A stretch of DNA of 64,000 bases from an uncultured delta proteobacterium (GTDB lineage: Bacteria; Desulfobacterota; Binatia; UBA9968). Location: the NCBI GenBank assembly GCA_963745835.1, contig CAVUZH010000003.1, positions 640,001 through 704,000 on the forward strand. Reading direction: 5' to 3'. A model generated the notes under the pieces. That model was not told the DNA's origin, ran no database searches, and saw nothing but the letters and a program-made list of their open reading frames with translations. Made by a program: the position numbers and the translations under genes. Positions 29,813-38,857 of this stretch are shown here, piece after piece (the first letter of the stretch is position 1; each line of letters starts with the position of its first letter).

Positions 29813-30313
29813 TCAGCTGCAGGAACCCGTATTCGTAAGCGCTTGGGAATCGTACCGCATGGCTGTGCTTCGGGTGATCGGCAGCGAAGTGTCTGTGACT
29901 GTACCTGGGATCAGCAGATTCAGTAGCCGGTACCAAAACAAACTGTAACTACCGCTAACGGAGACCACTACTCTTCTCATGCAAGTTGAGGTGCTGCCGC
30001 CATTTAAAGTCGCCGATACATCGGACGCCACGAACTTCCCGCCCGGAAGACGCTTTGTGGCCTCATTCTCAACCGTAGCCGCGACAAATGGATTCATGGA
30101 CGCGCCGATTCGAGCGGCTTCCCGGGTCGCATTCTGAACCATCTGGGCAGTGAAAAACGCGATGCCAAAGTCTACTGGAATATATAAGGTCGCGAGCACC
30201 AGAGGCACGATCAAAGTCAGTTCGACGATACTTTGGCCGTTTAAGCGTCGCCTGCCTGCAATCGAAAGATTGTTCGGGCGACAACTACGGTTAACAGGTA
30301 AATCCATATTCAT
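29813..30313 (-). CDS. TadE/TadF-like pseudopilin
   Basis: G-QSIVEL prepilin motif, DFG, NATREAAR. Confidence 0.82.
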   Translation of the reverse strand: MNMDLPVNRSCRPNNLSIAGRRRLNGQSIVELTLIVPLVLATLYIPVDFGIAFFTAQMVQNATREAARIGASMNPFVAATVENEATKRLPGGKFVASDVSATLNGGSTSTCMRRVVVSVSGSYSLFWYRLLNLLIPGTVTDTSLPITRSTAMRYDSQALTNTGSCS

Positions 30314-30971
30314 ACCTCATCGTAGTTGTCCGGCTGATGACAATGCTGTCAGGCGCAGAGAAGCCTAGGAGCCGTAGTAATTGATAGAAATAAAAGTTGT
30401 ACTCGCCGGCTACCGTAACCGTGACCACCTGCATATTCAGCGCCGAGTCGCATGCTGGGGGAACCACATTCGCAGTGATGTTCTTTAAAACCGCACTATC
30501 CATTCTATTCATGACCTGGGTCTGTATGTTCCCGGCGTCGAAGGGGTTTGTGGCAGCAGCCAGACGGGCCCCTTCGCGGGAGGCATTCTGCGCTAGTTGG
30601 CCGCTATAAAAAGCCAACCCAAAATCCGCAGGTATCCAAATGATGGCAAGAAAAAGTACAAACATGAGGGTAAACTCTACGAGAGCTTGCCCGTTTTGTT
30701 TGTGAGGTAGATTGTCTCGCGCCCGCTTGGAAACTGAGGGTGAACCGATCGATTTGCGGAAGCTAGGCTTAGTGGAACGAGCCCTTAGTCGGTCGCCCGA
30801 CTGGCGCCGCGATCGTTTACACGCGGGAGCAGAGATTAGGCCAGCAGATTTCCTTTCGGCGCGTTTATGAATGGCACCCAAAAGCAAATTCCCTACTACA
30901 TACGCAAGAGCAGCGACAGCCACGAGGACGAAGGCTGCAGCAATGACCAATTCCCATAGCAGTATTGCCAT
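30291..30971 (-). CDS. TadE-like pseudopilin with long N-terminal extension
   Basis: G-QALVEF prepilin motif, DFG, NASREGARLA; extra N-terminal TM segment and basic linker. Confidence 0.78.
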   Translation of the reverse strand: MAILLWELVIAAAFVLVAVAALAYVVGNLLLGAIHKRAERKSAGLISAPACKRSRRQSGDRLRARSTKPSFRKSIGSPSVSKRARDNLPHKQNGQALVEFTLMFVLFLAIIWIPADFGLAFYSGQLAQNASREGARLAAATNPFDAGNIQTQVMNRMDSAVLKNITANVVPPACDSALNMQVVTVTVAGEYNFYFYQLLRLLGFSAPDSIVISRTTTMRYEYGFTC

Positions 30972-31418
30972 GTGAGTATCTCCCGCGCTTGAATGAACAT
31001 CTGTTCAGAAGCGGCGGAGTAGATATCACAAGATTTTTTGTTTTCAAGGGGTGGTTTTTTCAAAGGTGGTATTGCGCGCTCCGTCGACATGAGCGTACGA
31101 AAAGTGATCGATCATTGGAGTGACAGTAGTTATAACATGCACTGCCATATCAGGCGTTTGTGATAACAGTTTTTTCCAGCCGCAATTACTTTAGGGGTAA
31201 GATCCTGCGAGGCCAAACTCCGACGCTTGACCCTGGAGCGGCCGACAAGCTTTAACGATTATGGCCTCCCCAAAACGCCGGTTATAGCGCAGATCGAGTT
31301 AACGAATGCAGGCCGACGAACGCATAAGGCATTTTAGCTTGTGGTTGAGAGAGGATGGATGCGGAGGAGGTCGGGGAAGGCGAGTTTTTCGCGCGACGAT
31401 CGGGGAAGCATCTCTTGG

Positions 31419-31745
31419 CTATCTTCTGATCCCGTTGCCAGTGGCGTAAACCATCAATGCAACCGTCGCTTTGCGGCGGACCTCTTCATTTTCTGATTCA
31501 ACATGAATGGTACCCCATGAACCGAAAGCAAGGTCTTCAAGAGAAGCGGCGCGCTGTCGATCAGAGCGTGAATCATCTTGTGGAGGCGCTAAGCTCGTGA
31601 CTGGGACGTCGCTCGACGGAACCGATTGTTGTTCGACCAAGCCGGTATCCACTATCCAGAGCGATAACGTGATTAGCGCGAAGGCCAGACATAGAGATAA
31701 AGGATAAGCCGAACTGCGGGATTGAGTGGGGAAAGGAGCCGTCAT
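31419..31745 (-). CDS. hypothetical membrane-anchored protein
   Basis: ATG31745 with RBS AAGGAG; one TM segment; no family recognised. Confidence 0.5.
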   Translation of the reverse strand: MTAPFPTQSRSSAYPLSLCLAFALITLSLWIVDTGLVEQQSVPSSDVPVTSLAPPQDDSRSDRQRAASLEDLAFGSWGTIHVESENEEVRRKATVALMVYATGNGIRR

Positions 31746-32052
31746 AAATATCTCCTTGTCACTTACGGGAGGATTTTTGCTCTCTAGTCGCTTGCTAGCA
31801 CCTAATTGGACAAACACAATCCGTTTAGACGAGATCCGCACAATAAAGTTAACGTTCCTTCTTGGCCGGATTTCCGCCATTCGCTACAAGCCCTTTCGGT
31901 TCGTCAGTTGTTGCGCGAGAAGATCTATCCGAGGGGTCGTGAAGCTGCGGAAGCGCATTCGGACAATTCCGCTGATTCCCCGCTTGTTGCGGTTCGAATT
32001 TTTATCTCTCGATAGCTTCGGATCTCCCAGGACGAGCTGTAGCGGGCGAGAT

Positions 32053-33570
32053 CTACTTTTGTGGCCGGGCTTGCGCACCAATGGCGTACTCGCCGAGGGC
32101 TTGGCCGAAACACGCCGCATCGAGGCCGTAGGGGCTGAAGTCACCGCTGAATGCAGCCAGCGCCCAGAGGGCTGCGTCTCGGTATCGAATGTTTTGTGTC
32201 GCTTCAGCAAGCGTCAGGAAGAACGAAGCGGCCGCGCCGTTTTGCGCAATCAAGGTCAGGCGGAACCCGGCGAGAGCAGGTCCCGGTATTTCGATATCGT
32301 AGTATCCCCCTTGAGGATTCTTCAGCCGCGCCAGAATAAATTCCGCGAGAGTCGTGGCGCCCTCGAGATATTGATTGTTTTTGGTGATTGAGTAGGCCTT
32401 TAGCAGGGCGTTTCCTACGTGGACCTGGTCGTCGAGCAATCCGGCGAGGTGCGCCGCGCCATCGAAGTAGTGAGCCATCTTACCGTTCCGGCTCCGGCAA
32501 CGTTCCCACAAAAACTCCAGGGCGTGCAGCGCGCGCGCCCGGCAGCGCGGCTCCGGGAGAGTTACCGCGGCGTCGAGATAGGCGACAATGATTTGCGCAT
32601 TGGCATCGATATAAATACAGCCATCCAGAATCGAAAAATATTCTTCTTCGGAAGACACCTCGCTGTTTTCTTTTCGGAGAAAATCTTCGCAGCCGTAGAA
32701 AGCCCCTGTAGCGGTGTCGAGAAGGTTTGCGTTCAGGTAGGCAATCAATTCTTCGGCCATGCTCGCGTAAACCGGCAGCTGCGTGATTCGCAACGCTCGC
32801 ACGCAGTTTGCCAGAATGCCGGCCTGTTCCGTGAGCAATTTCTCGCGATGCGGCCGGCTCCAGTCGCGACCGGAGCAGGTGCGGAAATAGCCGCCCGCTA
32901 GGGGATCGCGCATCGGACTTTCGCGCATGCGATCCAGGGTCAGGCAAACATGCTCCAGGTACTGAGGGTTTTTTGTTGCCTCATAACGAGCGAGCAAGAA
33001 GTCATTGACCTGCGGCTGGATGAATTTCTGGCCGTGGCCATAACCGCCGTATTCCCGGTCTGCGAGCTCGATGATTTGATTGGCGATCTTCTCGACGGCT
33101 GAAAGATCCGGCCGACGCTCATTCATGCATTGTTGTCTATCGAGACCGCTCTCTTGCGCGTTTCGATGGAGCACGCCAATCCGATCTTTCTTCTCGTGAT
33201 AAGCCGTGTACACGCGAACCAGGAGATCGCCGAACTGCTCGCTCGGAAGATAGTTTGCTACGGAGAGCAGGTCTCCGTCAGCGGTCATAAAAGCAATTGT
33301 CGGCCAGCCGTTACGGTTGTAGCGGGTGTCGATGTCGGGTCGTTGAGCATTGTCGCAGCGAATCGAAATGAAATAGGCGTTGAGGAGCGCGGTGTTTTCG
33401 TTATCGGAGAACGCTTCCTCGTCCATGCGCTGGCAGAAGCGACACCAGAATGCGGTGAGAAAAAGCATCACCGGCTTATCTTGGTTGCGAGCAAGTCGAA
33501 AAGGATCGTCGTCCCATTCACACCAGCGAACGAAGTATGCCCGGTTTAGATTGGGTGAAAAGCGAATCAT
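32053..33570 (-). CDS. DUF255/SSP411 (YyaL-like) thioredoxin domain plus alpha/alpha-barrel protein
   Basis: DKPVML...WCRFC..M..E.FSD, RPDID.RY, GWPT..F.T.DG, PH.EKLL, L.DDQ. Confidence 0.82.
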   Translation of the reverse strand: MIRFSPNLNRAYFVRWCEWDDDPFRLARNQDKPVMLFLTAFWCRFCQRMDEEAFSDNENTALLNAYFISIRCDNAQRPDIDTRYNRNGWPTIAFMTADGDLLSVANYLPSEQFGDLLVRVYTAYHEKKDRIGVLHRNAQESGLDRQQCMNERRPDLSAVEKIANQIIELADREYGGYGHGQKFIQPQVNDFLLARYEATKNPQYLEHVCLTLDRMRESPMRDPLAGGYFRTCSGRDWSRPHREKLLTEQAGILANCVRALRITQLPVYASMAEELIAYLNANLLDTATGAFYGCEDFLRKENSEVSSEEEYFSILDGCIYIDANAQIIVAYLDAAVTLPEPRCRARALHALEFLWERCRSRNGKMAHYFDGAAHLAGLLDDQVHVGNALLKAYSITKNNQYLEGATTLAEFILARLKNPQGGYYDIEIPGPALAGFRLTLIAQNGAAASFFLTLAEATQNIRYRDAALWALAAFSGDFSPYGLDAACFGQALGEYAIGAQARPQK

Positions 33571-33742
33571 AGGCGCGGTTTGTCGCAATCAAGCCGATAA
33601 ACGCTTGTTATCATCATTGCCATCGTACAAAAAGTCAGGAGGCACAAAAATTCAAAGCACCGATCGCATTGACATCCGTATTGGGCCGGGCCATAAGATC
33701 GACTTGAGCTAATTGCGCAGCTATTTACCCAAGAACAATTCA

Positions 33743-35023
33743 ATGCAGCTCTCTCTCGCACGCCATCCCGTCACCGAAATCCGCTTCGGCTTTCAGACAC
33801 GGATCGATGACACACTCCTGTTCGTCAATGCGGGGGAACTGCGCCGGCTTGTCCTTGAAGATGAGGCGCTTGCGGCTGTCGATTTCGACATAGTCCGACC
33901 GGGCGACAGTTGCCGTGCCGGGCCGATCTTCGACATAGTTGAGCCGCGCGCGAAAGCGCCGGGCTCGGGTCCTGATTTTCCCGGAATACTCGGTGCTCCC
34001 ACCACCGCGGGCATGGGCACTACCCACGTGCTTGCCGGTTCTGCGGTATCCGTTCTGGCCGAGATGTCACCCGGCGAGGGTAGAAGCGCCACCGGACGTG
34101 TTTTGGAAATGAGCGGGCCGGTGGTCTCGGGCAGCGACTACTCCTCATTACAACATCTGTTACTCATTCCGCACACCAAGCCCGGGTTGCCCCGCCAAGT
34201 GGTGTTAAAGGCTTATCGCTTGGCCGCCTTGAAGGTCGCTGTACAGATTGCTCGGTGCGCCATCGATCAAGCTCCCGCATTGACGCAAAGCTTTCCATCC
34301 GTCGACCTCTCGTCGCAAGACCGTCGTGACCTTTCACGCGTCGCCTACGTCGGGCAGATTTTTTCGCGCCAACGCAAGCCCGGTGTCGACGAGCCGATTC
34401 TCTACGGCGCCAACACCGATGGCATGCTGCCGGTGGTGCTACATCCCGACGAATGGCTCGATGGAGCTATCGTGCCATCGCTCAACTCCTGGTTTGGCGG
34501 AACCGAGACTTACTTTTATCAAAATCATCCAGTTATTCTGGAGCTTTACCGCCGTCATCAGGCTCGGGAAATTAACTTCGTTGGAACGATAGCGACCATC
34601 GCAGGTTCGGACCAATTCGATCGGGAGCGTCACTGCCGGGCGGCTGCGCATCTCGTGAAATGGAACTTTCGCGCCGACGGCGCGGTACTAACTAAATACG
34701 GCGGCGGCTTGCCCCATGCCGACCTGGCGGAAACGGCGCGCCTGCTTGAGGGCAAGGGCATACGCACCGCAGTAATGGTTTCCGATTCGTCGCGAGATCG
34801 CCGGGTTGAATCGGCGCTGCTGTTTAATTTTCCCGAAGTAAACGCGATTGTTTATAACGGTGGTAACGGCACCAAATGGGAAATCCCGCGCGTGGACCGG
34901 GTGATTACGGCAACTCCGGAGATGGCGCAACTTCTGGAGGGGCCAATGTCGATTGAGGCTTCGAATATCATTGGCGTCATGAACCAGCAGGGTGCGTCGC
35001 GCATGAGATCTCTGGTTTATTAG
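33743..35023 (+). CDS. glycine/sarcosine/betaine reductase component B proprotein-like (GrdE/GrdG/GrdI family)
   Basis: PGDS.R...I.D.VEPRAK, FPG, G.G.THVL.G, MSGP, HP.E.LDGAIV, TY..QNHP....LY.RH, ADGA.LT..G.G; directly upstream of grdB-like gene. Confidence 0.82.
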   Translation: MQLSLARHPVTEIRFGFQTRIDDTLLFVNAGELRRLVLEDEALAAVDFDIVRPGDSCRAGPIFDIVEPRAKAPGSGPDFPGILGAPTTAGMGTTHVLAGSAVSVLAEMSPGEGRSATGRVLEMSGPVVSGSDYSSLQHLLLIPHTKPGLPRQVVLKAYRLAALKVAVQIARCAIDQAPALTQSFPSVDLSSQDRRDLSRVAYVGQIFSRQRKPGVDEPILYGANTDGMLPVVLHPDEWLDGAIVPSLNSWFGGTETYFYQNHPVILELYRRHQAREINFVGTIATIAGSDQFDRERHCRAAAHLVKWNFRADGAVLTKYGGGLPHADLAETARLLEGKGIRTAVMVSDSSRDRRVESALLFNFPEVNAIVYNGGNGTKWEIPRVDRVITATPEMAQLLEGPMSIEASNIIGVMNQQGASRMRSLVY

Positions 35024-35065
35024 AAGCATCCCGGATTCGGATCGGCTTTGAGAGGGAGAGGAACG

Positions 35066-36352
35066 ATGAGAGTAGTGCATTATCTAAATCAGTTTTTTGG
35101 CGGCATTGGCGCAGAGGAGCATGCCGGCGAGCCGCTGCAGACGCGCGATGGCCCGGTGGGACCAGGCAGGCTGCTGGAGCCGTTGCTGGGCGATGGGACG
35201 CGCATCGTTATGACCCTGGTTTGTGGCGACAATCATGCGGTCGAAAATCAGGAGGCAGTTACCGCCTACGTGGTAGAGAAGATTCGCGCGCTGCAAGCCG
35301 ATTTGTTTTTCGCCGGACCCTGCTTCGATGCCGGCCGTTACGGCATGGCGGCGAGCGCGCTGTGCGCAGCGGTTCAAGCCGAATTAGATATTCCCGCTAT
35401 CACCGGGATGAATGAAGAGAACCCCGGAGTCGATCTTTACCGCGACGCTCTCTATATCATCGACTCCGGCAGCAATCCGGCCAAGATGCGTGAGGTCTTA
35501 AGCAAGATGGCCAGCCTGGGAAAAAAGCTGGTCGAAAAGCGCGCGATCGGGCTCCCCGCCCAGGAAGGTTATCTGCGTCGCGGCCTCCTGCGCGATCAGT
35601 TGGTGCAAGAGACGGCTGCGCGGCGGCTGGTGGACATGCTCGTGGCGAAACTCAACGGCACACCGTTTGAGTCCGAAATGCTGCCTGTAGCTTTCGAACC
35701 GACTCCGATGCCTGCGGCGATCAAAGATCTTTCCCAGGCTCGGGTTATGCTCGTTACGGATGGCGGGCTCGTGCCCAAGGGCAACCCGGATAGAATCCAG
35801 GGCACGGCCGCCACCCGCTGGGGTTCTTACAGTCTAGAAGGGCGGGATGACCTGCGCGGCGAAGAATACGAAATCTCGCACGGCGGTTATGATGCCCGCT
35901 TTGTTCAGGAAGATCCCGATCGTCTGGTGCCGCTGGACGTCATGCGCGAAATGGAAAAGCGCGGTGTCATCGGCAAGCTGCACGATGAATTTATTTCCAC
36001 TTCGGGCCGCGTCAATCCGCTTTCCAATACGCGGCGCATGGGCCGCGAGATGGCGCAGAAAGCTAAGAGGGATGGCGTCGATGCCGTGATTCTGACTTCG
36101 ACGTGAGGGACGAGCACGCGCAGCGGTGCTGCGATTACAACGGAGTTGGAGAAAGCCGGCATTCCCGTGGTGCAAATTACTTCGGCCTTGCCGATCGCCA
36201 AAATGATCGGATCGAACCGCGTGGTGTTGGGCAACGGCATCGTGCATGTCACCGGCGATGTCAAACTGTCGCCGGACGATGAGAAAGACTTGCGCCGCAG
36301 GCTCGTGCAAAAAGCTCTCGACGCCTTACAATCGGGCGAAACGCAAAAGTAA
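35066..36352 (+). CDS. GrdB-like selenoprotein B (Sec at codon 347; UxxSxxS)
   Basis: RVVHYLNQFFGGIG.EE.A, CGDN, AGP.F.AGRYG, VTDGG.VPKGNPD, HGGYD, DPDR.VPLD. In-frame TGA 36104-36106 gives ILTST-U-GTSTRSG, in frame with ORF 36146..36352. Confidence 0.9.
36104..36133 (+). promoter_or_regulatory. bacterial SECIS element
   Basis: CGCAGC-[GGT]-GCTGCG hairpin (36119-36133), G-starting loop 18 nt after UGA. Confidence 0.72.
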
Positions 36353-36503
36353 TTAGCTCTCCCGCATCGTCATCCGAACCGTTGTCACTTTGCCATCCCA
36401 CGCGTTTGACCCGCTTCGCCGTCTTATGACACGATCGGCGCGAACCTTTGGATCGCTGTAAGATGACTGCCGGTGAATTTCAATTGAAAGAAAGGTAACG
36501 CAC

Positions 36504-37367
36504 ATGGAGAAAACAATGACCGAGAAACGTAAAACGCTGCGTGGATTACTGCAGGGACCGGGGTGCTCGATTGCGCCCAGCTGTAATGACGGCATTCAGG
36601 CGCGGCTGGTGGAGTGGCTCGGATTTCCACTGGTCCATATTTCCGGCAGCGGCCAACATCGCGCCCTCGGTTTTGCCGATGCCGGGATGCTCACACTTAC
36701 CGAGATGATTAATCGCGCGCGCGAGATCGTCGATGCCGTCGAACTTCCGATAGTCAGCGATGGCGAGACCGGTTACGGCAACGCCGTGAACGTTGTGCGC
36801 GCGGTGCGGGAATTCGAGCGCGCCGGTGTTGCCGCCATACACATCGAAGACCAGATGACACCGAAACGCGCCGGCCACGAAGGTTTCGACGTTGGCTTGG
36901 TTTCCAAAGCTGAATTTGTTGCCAAGATCAAGGCGGCGCTGGATACACGTCGCGATGAAAATCTGGTCATCATCGCGCGCTCGGAGGCCAAGGATTCATT
37001 GCAAGAACGACTCGACCGTGTCGGCGCTTGTTGCGATGCCGGAGCCGACGCGGTCTGGTTGAGCGCTCGCACGGAGGACGAAATCAAGGCCTTCGCTAAA
37101 CTTGGCAAACCACTCGTCGGGGTTCCGCCACGCCAGCTAATGCCGATCCAGCGCTATGGCGAACTGGGCGGGCGGGTCGGTTGCATTCCCACGGTTTTGC
37201 AGGTTGCCGCGCTGCACGGCATGCGCCAGTGTCTCGAAGAGCTGAAGCGAAGCGGCACCGAAGCGCGCTATTTCACGGAAACTCCGGGTATCGACGACAC
37301 CCGCAAGTGGTACACCAATCTCGGCAACCAAGAACTTAAAGACCTCGAAGCGAAGTATGGCTATTGA
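36504..37367 (+). CDS. isocitrate lyase/PEP mutase superfamily protein (KRAGH loop)
   Basis: ISG, G.AD.G, D.ETGYG, HIEDQ..PKRAGH, IIAR, AGAD. Confidence 0.85.
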   Translation: MEKTMTEKRKTLRGLLQGPGCSIAPSCNDGIQARLVEWLGFPLVHISGSGQHRALGFADAGMLTLTEMINRAREIVDAVELPIVSDGETGYGNAVNVVRAVREFERAGVAAIHIEDQMTPKRAGHEGFDVGLVSKAEFVAKIKAALDTRRDENLVIIARSEAKDSLQERLDRVGACCDAGADAVWLSARTEDEIKAFAKLGKPLVGVPPRQLMPIQRYGELGGRVGCIPTVLQVAALHGMRQCLEELKRSGTEARYFTETPGIDDTRKWYTNLGNQELKDLEAKYGY

Positions 37368-37417
37368 GATGCTGAGTCCGATCAGGGCTAGTACCATCAC
37401 GGCAGCGGAAGCATTCC

Positions 37418-38773
37418 GTGGATAGCATCACACAGACTATCGCTGAATACGCCTCTACAGTGGTGTTCGAGCATCTCGCCGCGGAAGCGGTGCATGCCGC
37501 CAAGCAGCGGCTGATCGATTCGCTGGGCTGTGCTGTCGGCGCTCACGATTGCGAGCCGGCGCAAATCGGCAGGCGATTGGCGGGCGGTCAAACACCGGGA
37601 AAATATCCCGGCAGAGTTCTCTATTTCGGCGACCGGCTGCCGGTGGAAAGCGCGGCGTTTATCAATACGTCGATGATTCGCAATTTCGATTTCAACGATC
37701 GCTATCCCGGCGGTCACCCGAGCGATTGCCTGGGCGCACTGCTGGCAATCTCTGGAGCCATGGACATCGATGGCAAGCGCTTTCTCACTAGCATGATCGT
37801 GGCTTACGAAATTTTTGCTCGCTTGAGCGACGCCACCGCACTGAGCCGCCGCGGCTGGGATCAAGGCTATGCCATCGGCATCGCGACGGCGGCGGGAGTC
37901 TGCAATTTATTGGAAACCTCGCGCGCAGCAACGGCGCATGCCGTAGGAATCGCTGCGGCTTCCAACCTGCCATTGCGGGTGACCCGATCAGGCGAGCTCA
38001 CCCCGTGGAAGAACGCGGCCACGGCGTACGCGTCGCGCAACGGTGTGTTTGCCGCATTACTTGCCGCCGAAGGAATGAGCGGCCCGGGCAATGCGTTTGA
38101 AGGCCGCAATGGTCTCTTTGAAAAGGTAACCGGACCGTTCGAGCTCGCGCCGCTACCAAATTGCGGCGGCGCGCATCTGACGCCCAGAGTTCAATTGAAA
38201 TACTGGCCCATCGAAACCAATGGCCAGCCCGCTGTTTGGGCCGCGCTGGACTTGCGTGAAAAAGCCCGGATCGACGAGCTCAAAGAGATCGAGGTTTTTA
38301 CCTCGAAGTTCACCTGGTTCGAGATCGGCAGCGAGCCCGAGAAATGGGATCCGCAGACACGTGAGACGGCGGATCACAGCCTGCCTTACATCTTGGCCAG
38401 GACTATGGTGGACGGACCGATCAAGATTTCATCTTTTGACGATGAAGCGGTCCGCGATCCCGTATTGCGACGCCTGATGGCTAAGATCAAGGTCATACCG
38501 GATGATCGCATCGAGGCCCTGCTGCCGCAGAAGACCTTCATGCGCGTCGTCGCGACGACCCTGGACGGACGTCAGCATATCGTCGAAGTATCCAATCCAC
38601 TGGGTCATCCGGACAACCCGATGCAAGACCGCCACATCGAAGAAAAATTTATTTCCTTAGTCGAGCCGGCGCTGGGCAAGGCTCGTTGCGGCGCGGCCCT
38701 CGAGACCTGGTGGCGCCTGGAGCAAGCGACTGGAGTGAGTGCCGCGATGCAGTTGCTCGAGATTGACCGCTAA
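37418..38773 (+). CDS. MmgE/PrpD family protein (PrpD-like branch)
   Basis: IR..DFND, GHPSD, R.GELT.WK, K.WP, ETADHSLPY, GHP.NP. Confidence 0.88.
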   Translation: MDSITQTIAEYASTVVFEHLAAEAVHAAKQRLIDSLGCAVGAHDCEPAQIGRRLAGGQTPGKYPGRVLYFGDRLPVESAAFINTSMIRNFDFNDRYPGGHPSDCLGALLAISGAMDIDGKRFLTSMIVAYEIFARLSDATALSRRGWDQGYAIGIATAAGVCNLLETSRAATAHAVGIAAASNLPLRVTRSGELTPWKNAATAYASRNGVFAALLAAEGMSGPGNAFEGRNGLFEKVTGPFELAPLPNCGGAHLTPRVQLKYWPIETNGQPAVWAALDLREKARIDELKEIEVFTSKFTWFEIGSEPEKWDPQTRETADHSLPYILARTMVDGPIKISSFDDEAVRDPVLRRLMAKIKVIPDDRIEALLPQKTFMRVVATTLDGRQHIVEVSNPLGHPDNPMQDRHIEEKFISLVEPALGKARCGAALETWWRLEQATGVSAAMQLLEIDR

Positions 38774-38857
38774 GGCCGCATTGGACGTGCTTCGAAAACA
38801 ACGTTGGGGGAAGCGCGCCGCAGTGCCGTGTCAAGGCTTCACATCCAGAGGTGACTC

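Noticed and set aside
31726-32391. Long alternative or antisense ORFs (e.g. 31726..32391, 17640..18482, 14675..15373, 44584..45303, 62802..63488)
   Set aside because: They overlap well-supported genes, lack motifs or RBS, and are expected shadows in GC-rich coding DNA.
33743-36352. Calling the pair canonical glycine reductase grdE/grdB, or grdB a nonsense pseudogene
   Set aside because: The TGA sits at the family Sec position with a SECIS-like hairpin, so it is not a pseudogene. The diagnostic Cys residues and partner genes are missing, so the substrate cannot be assigned.
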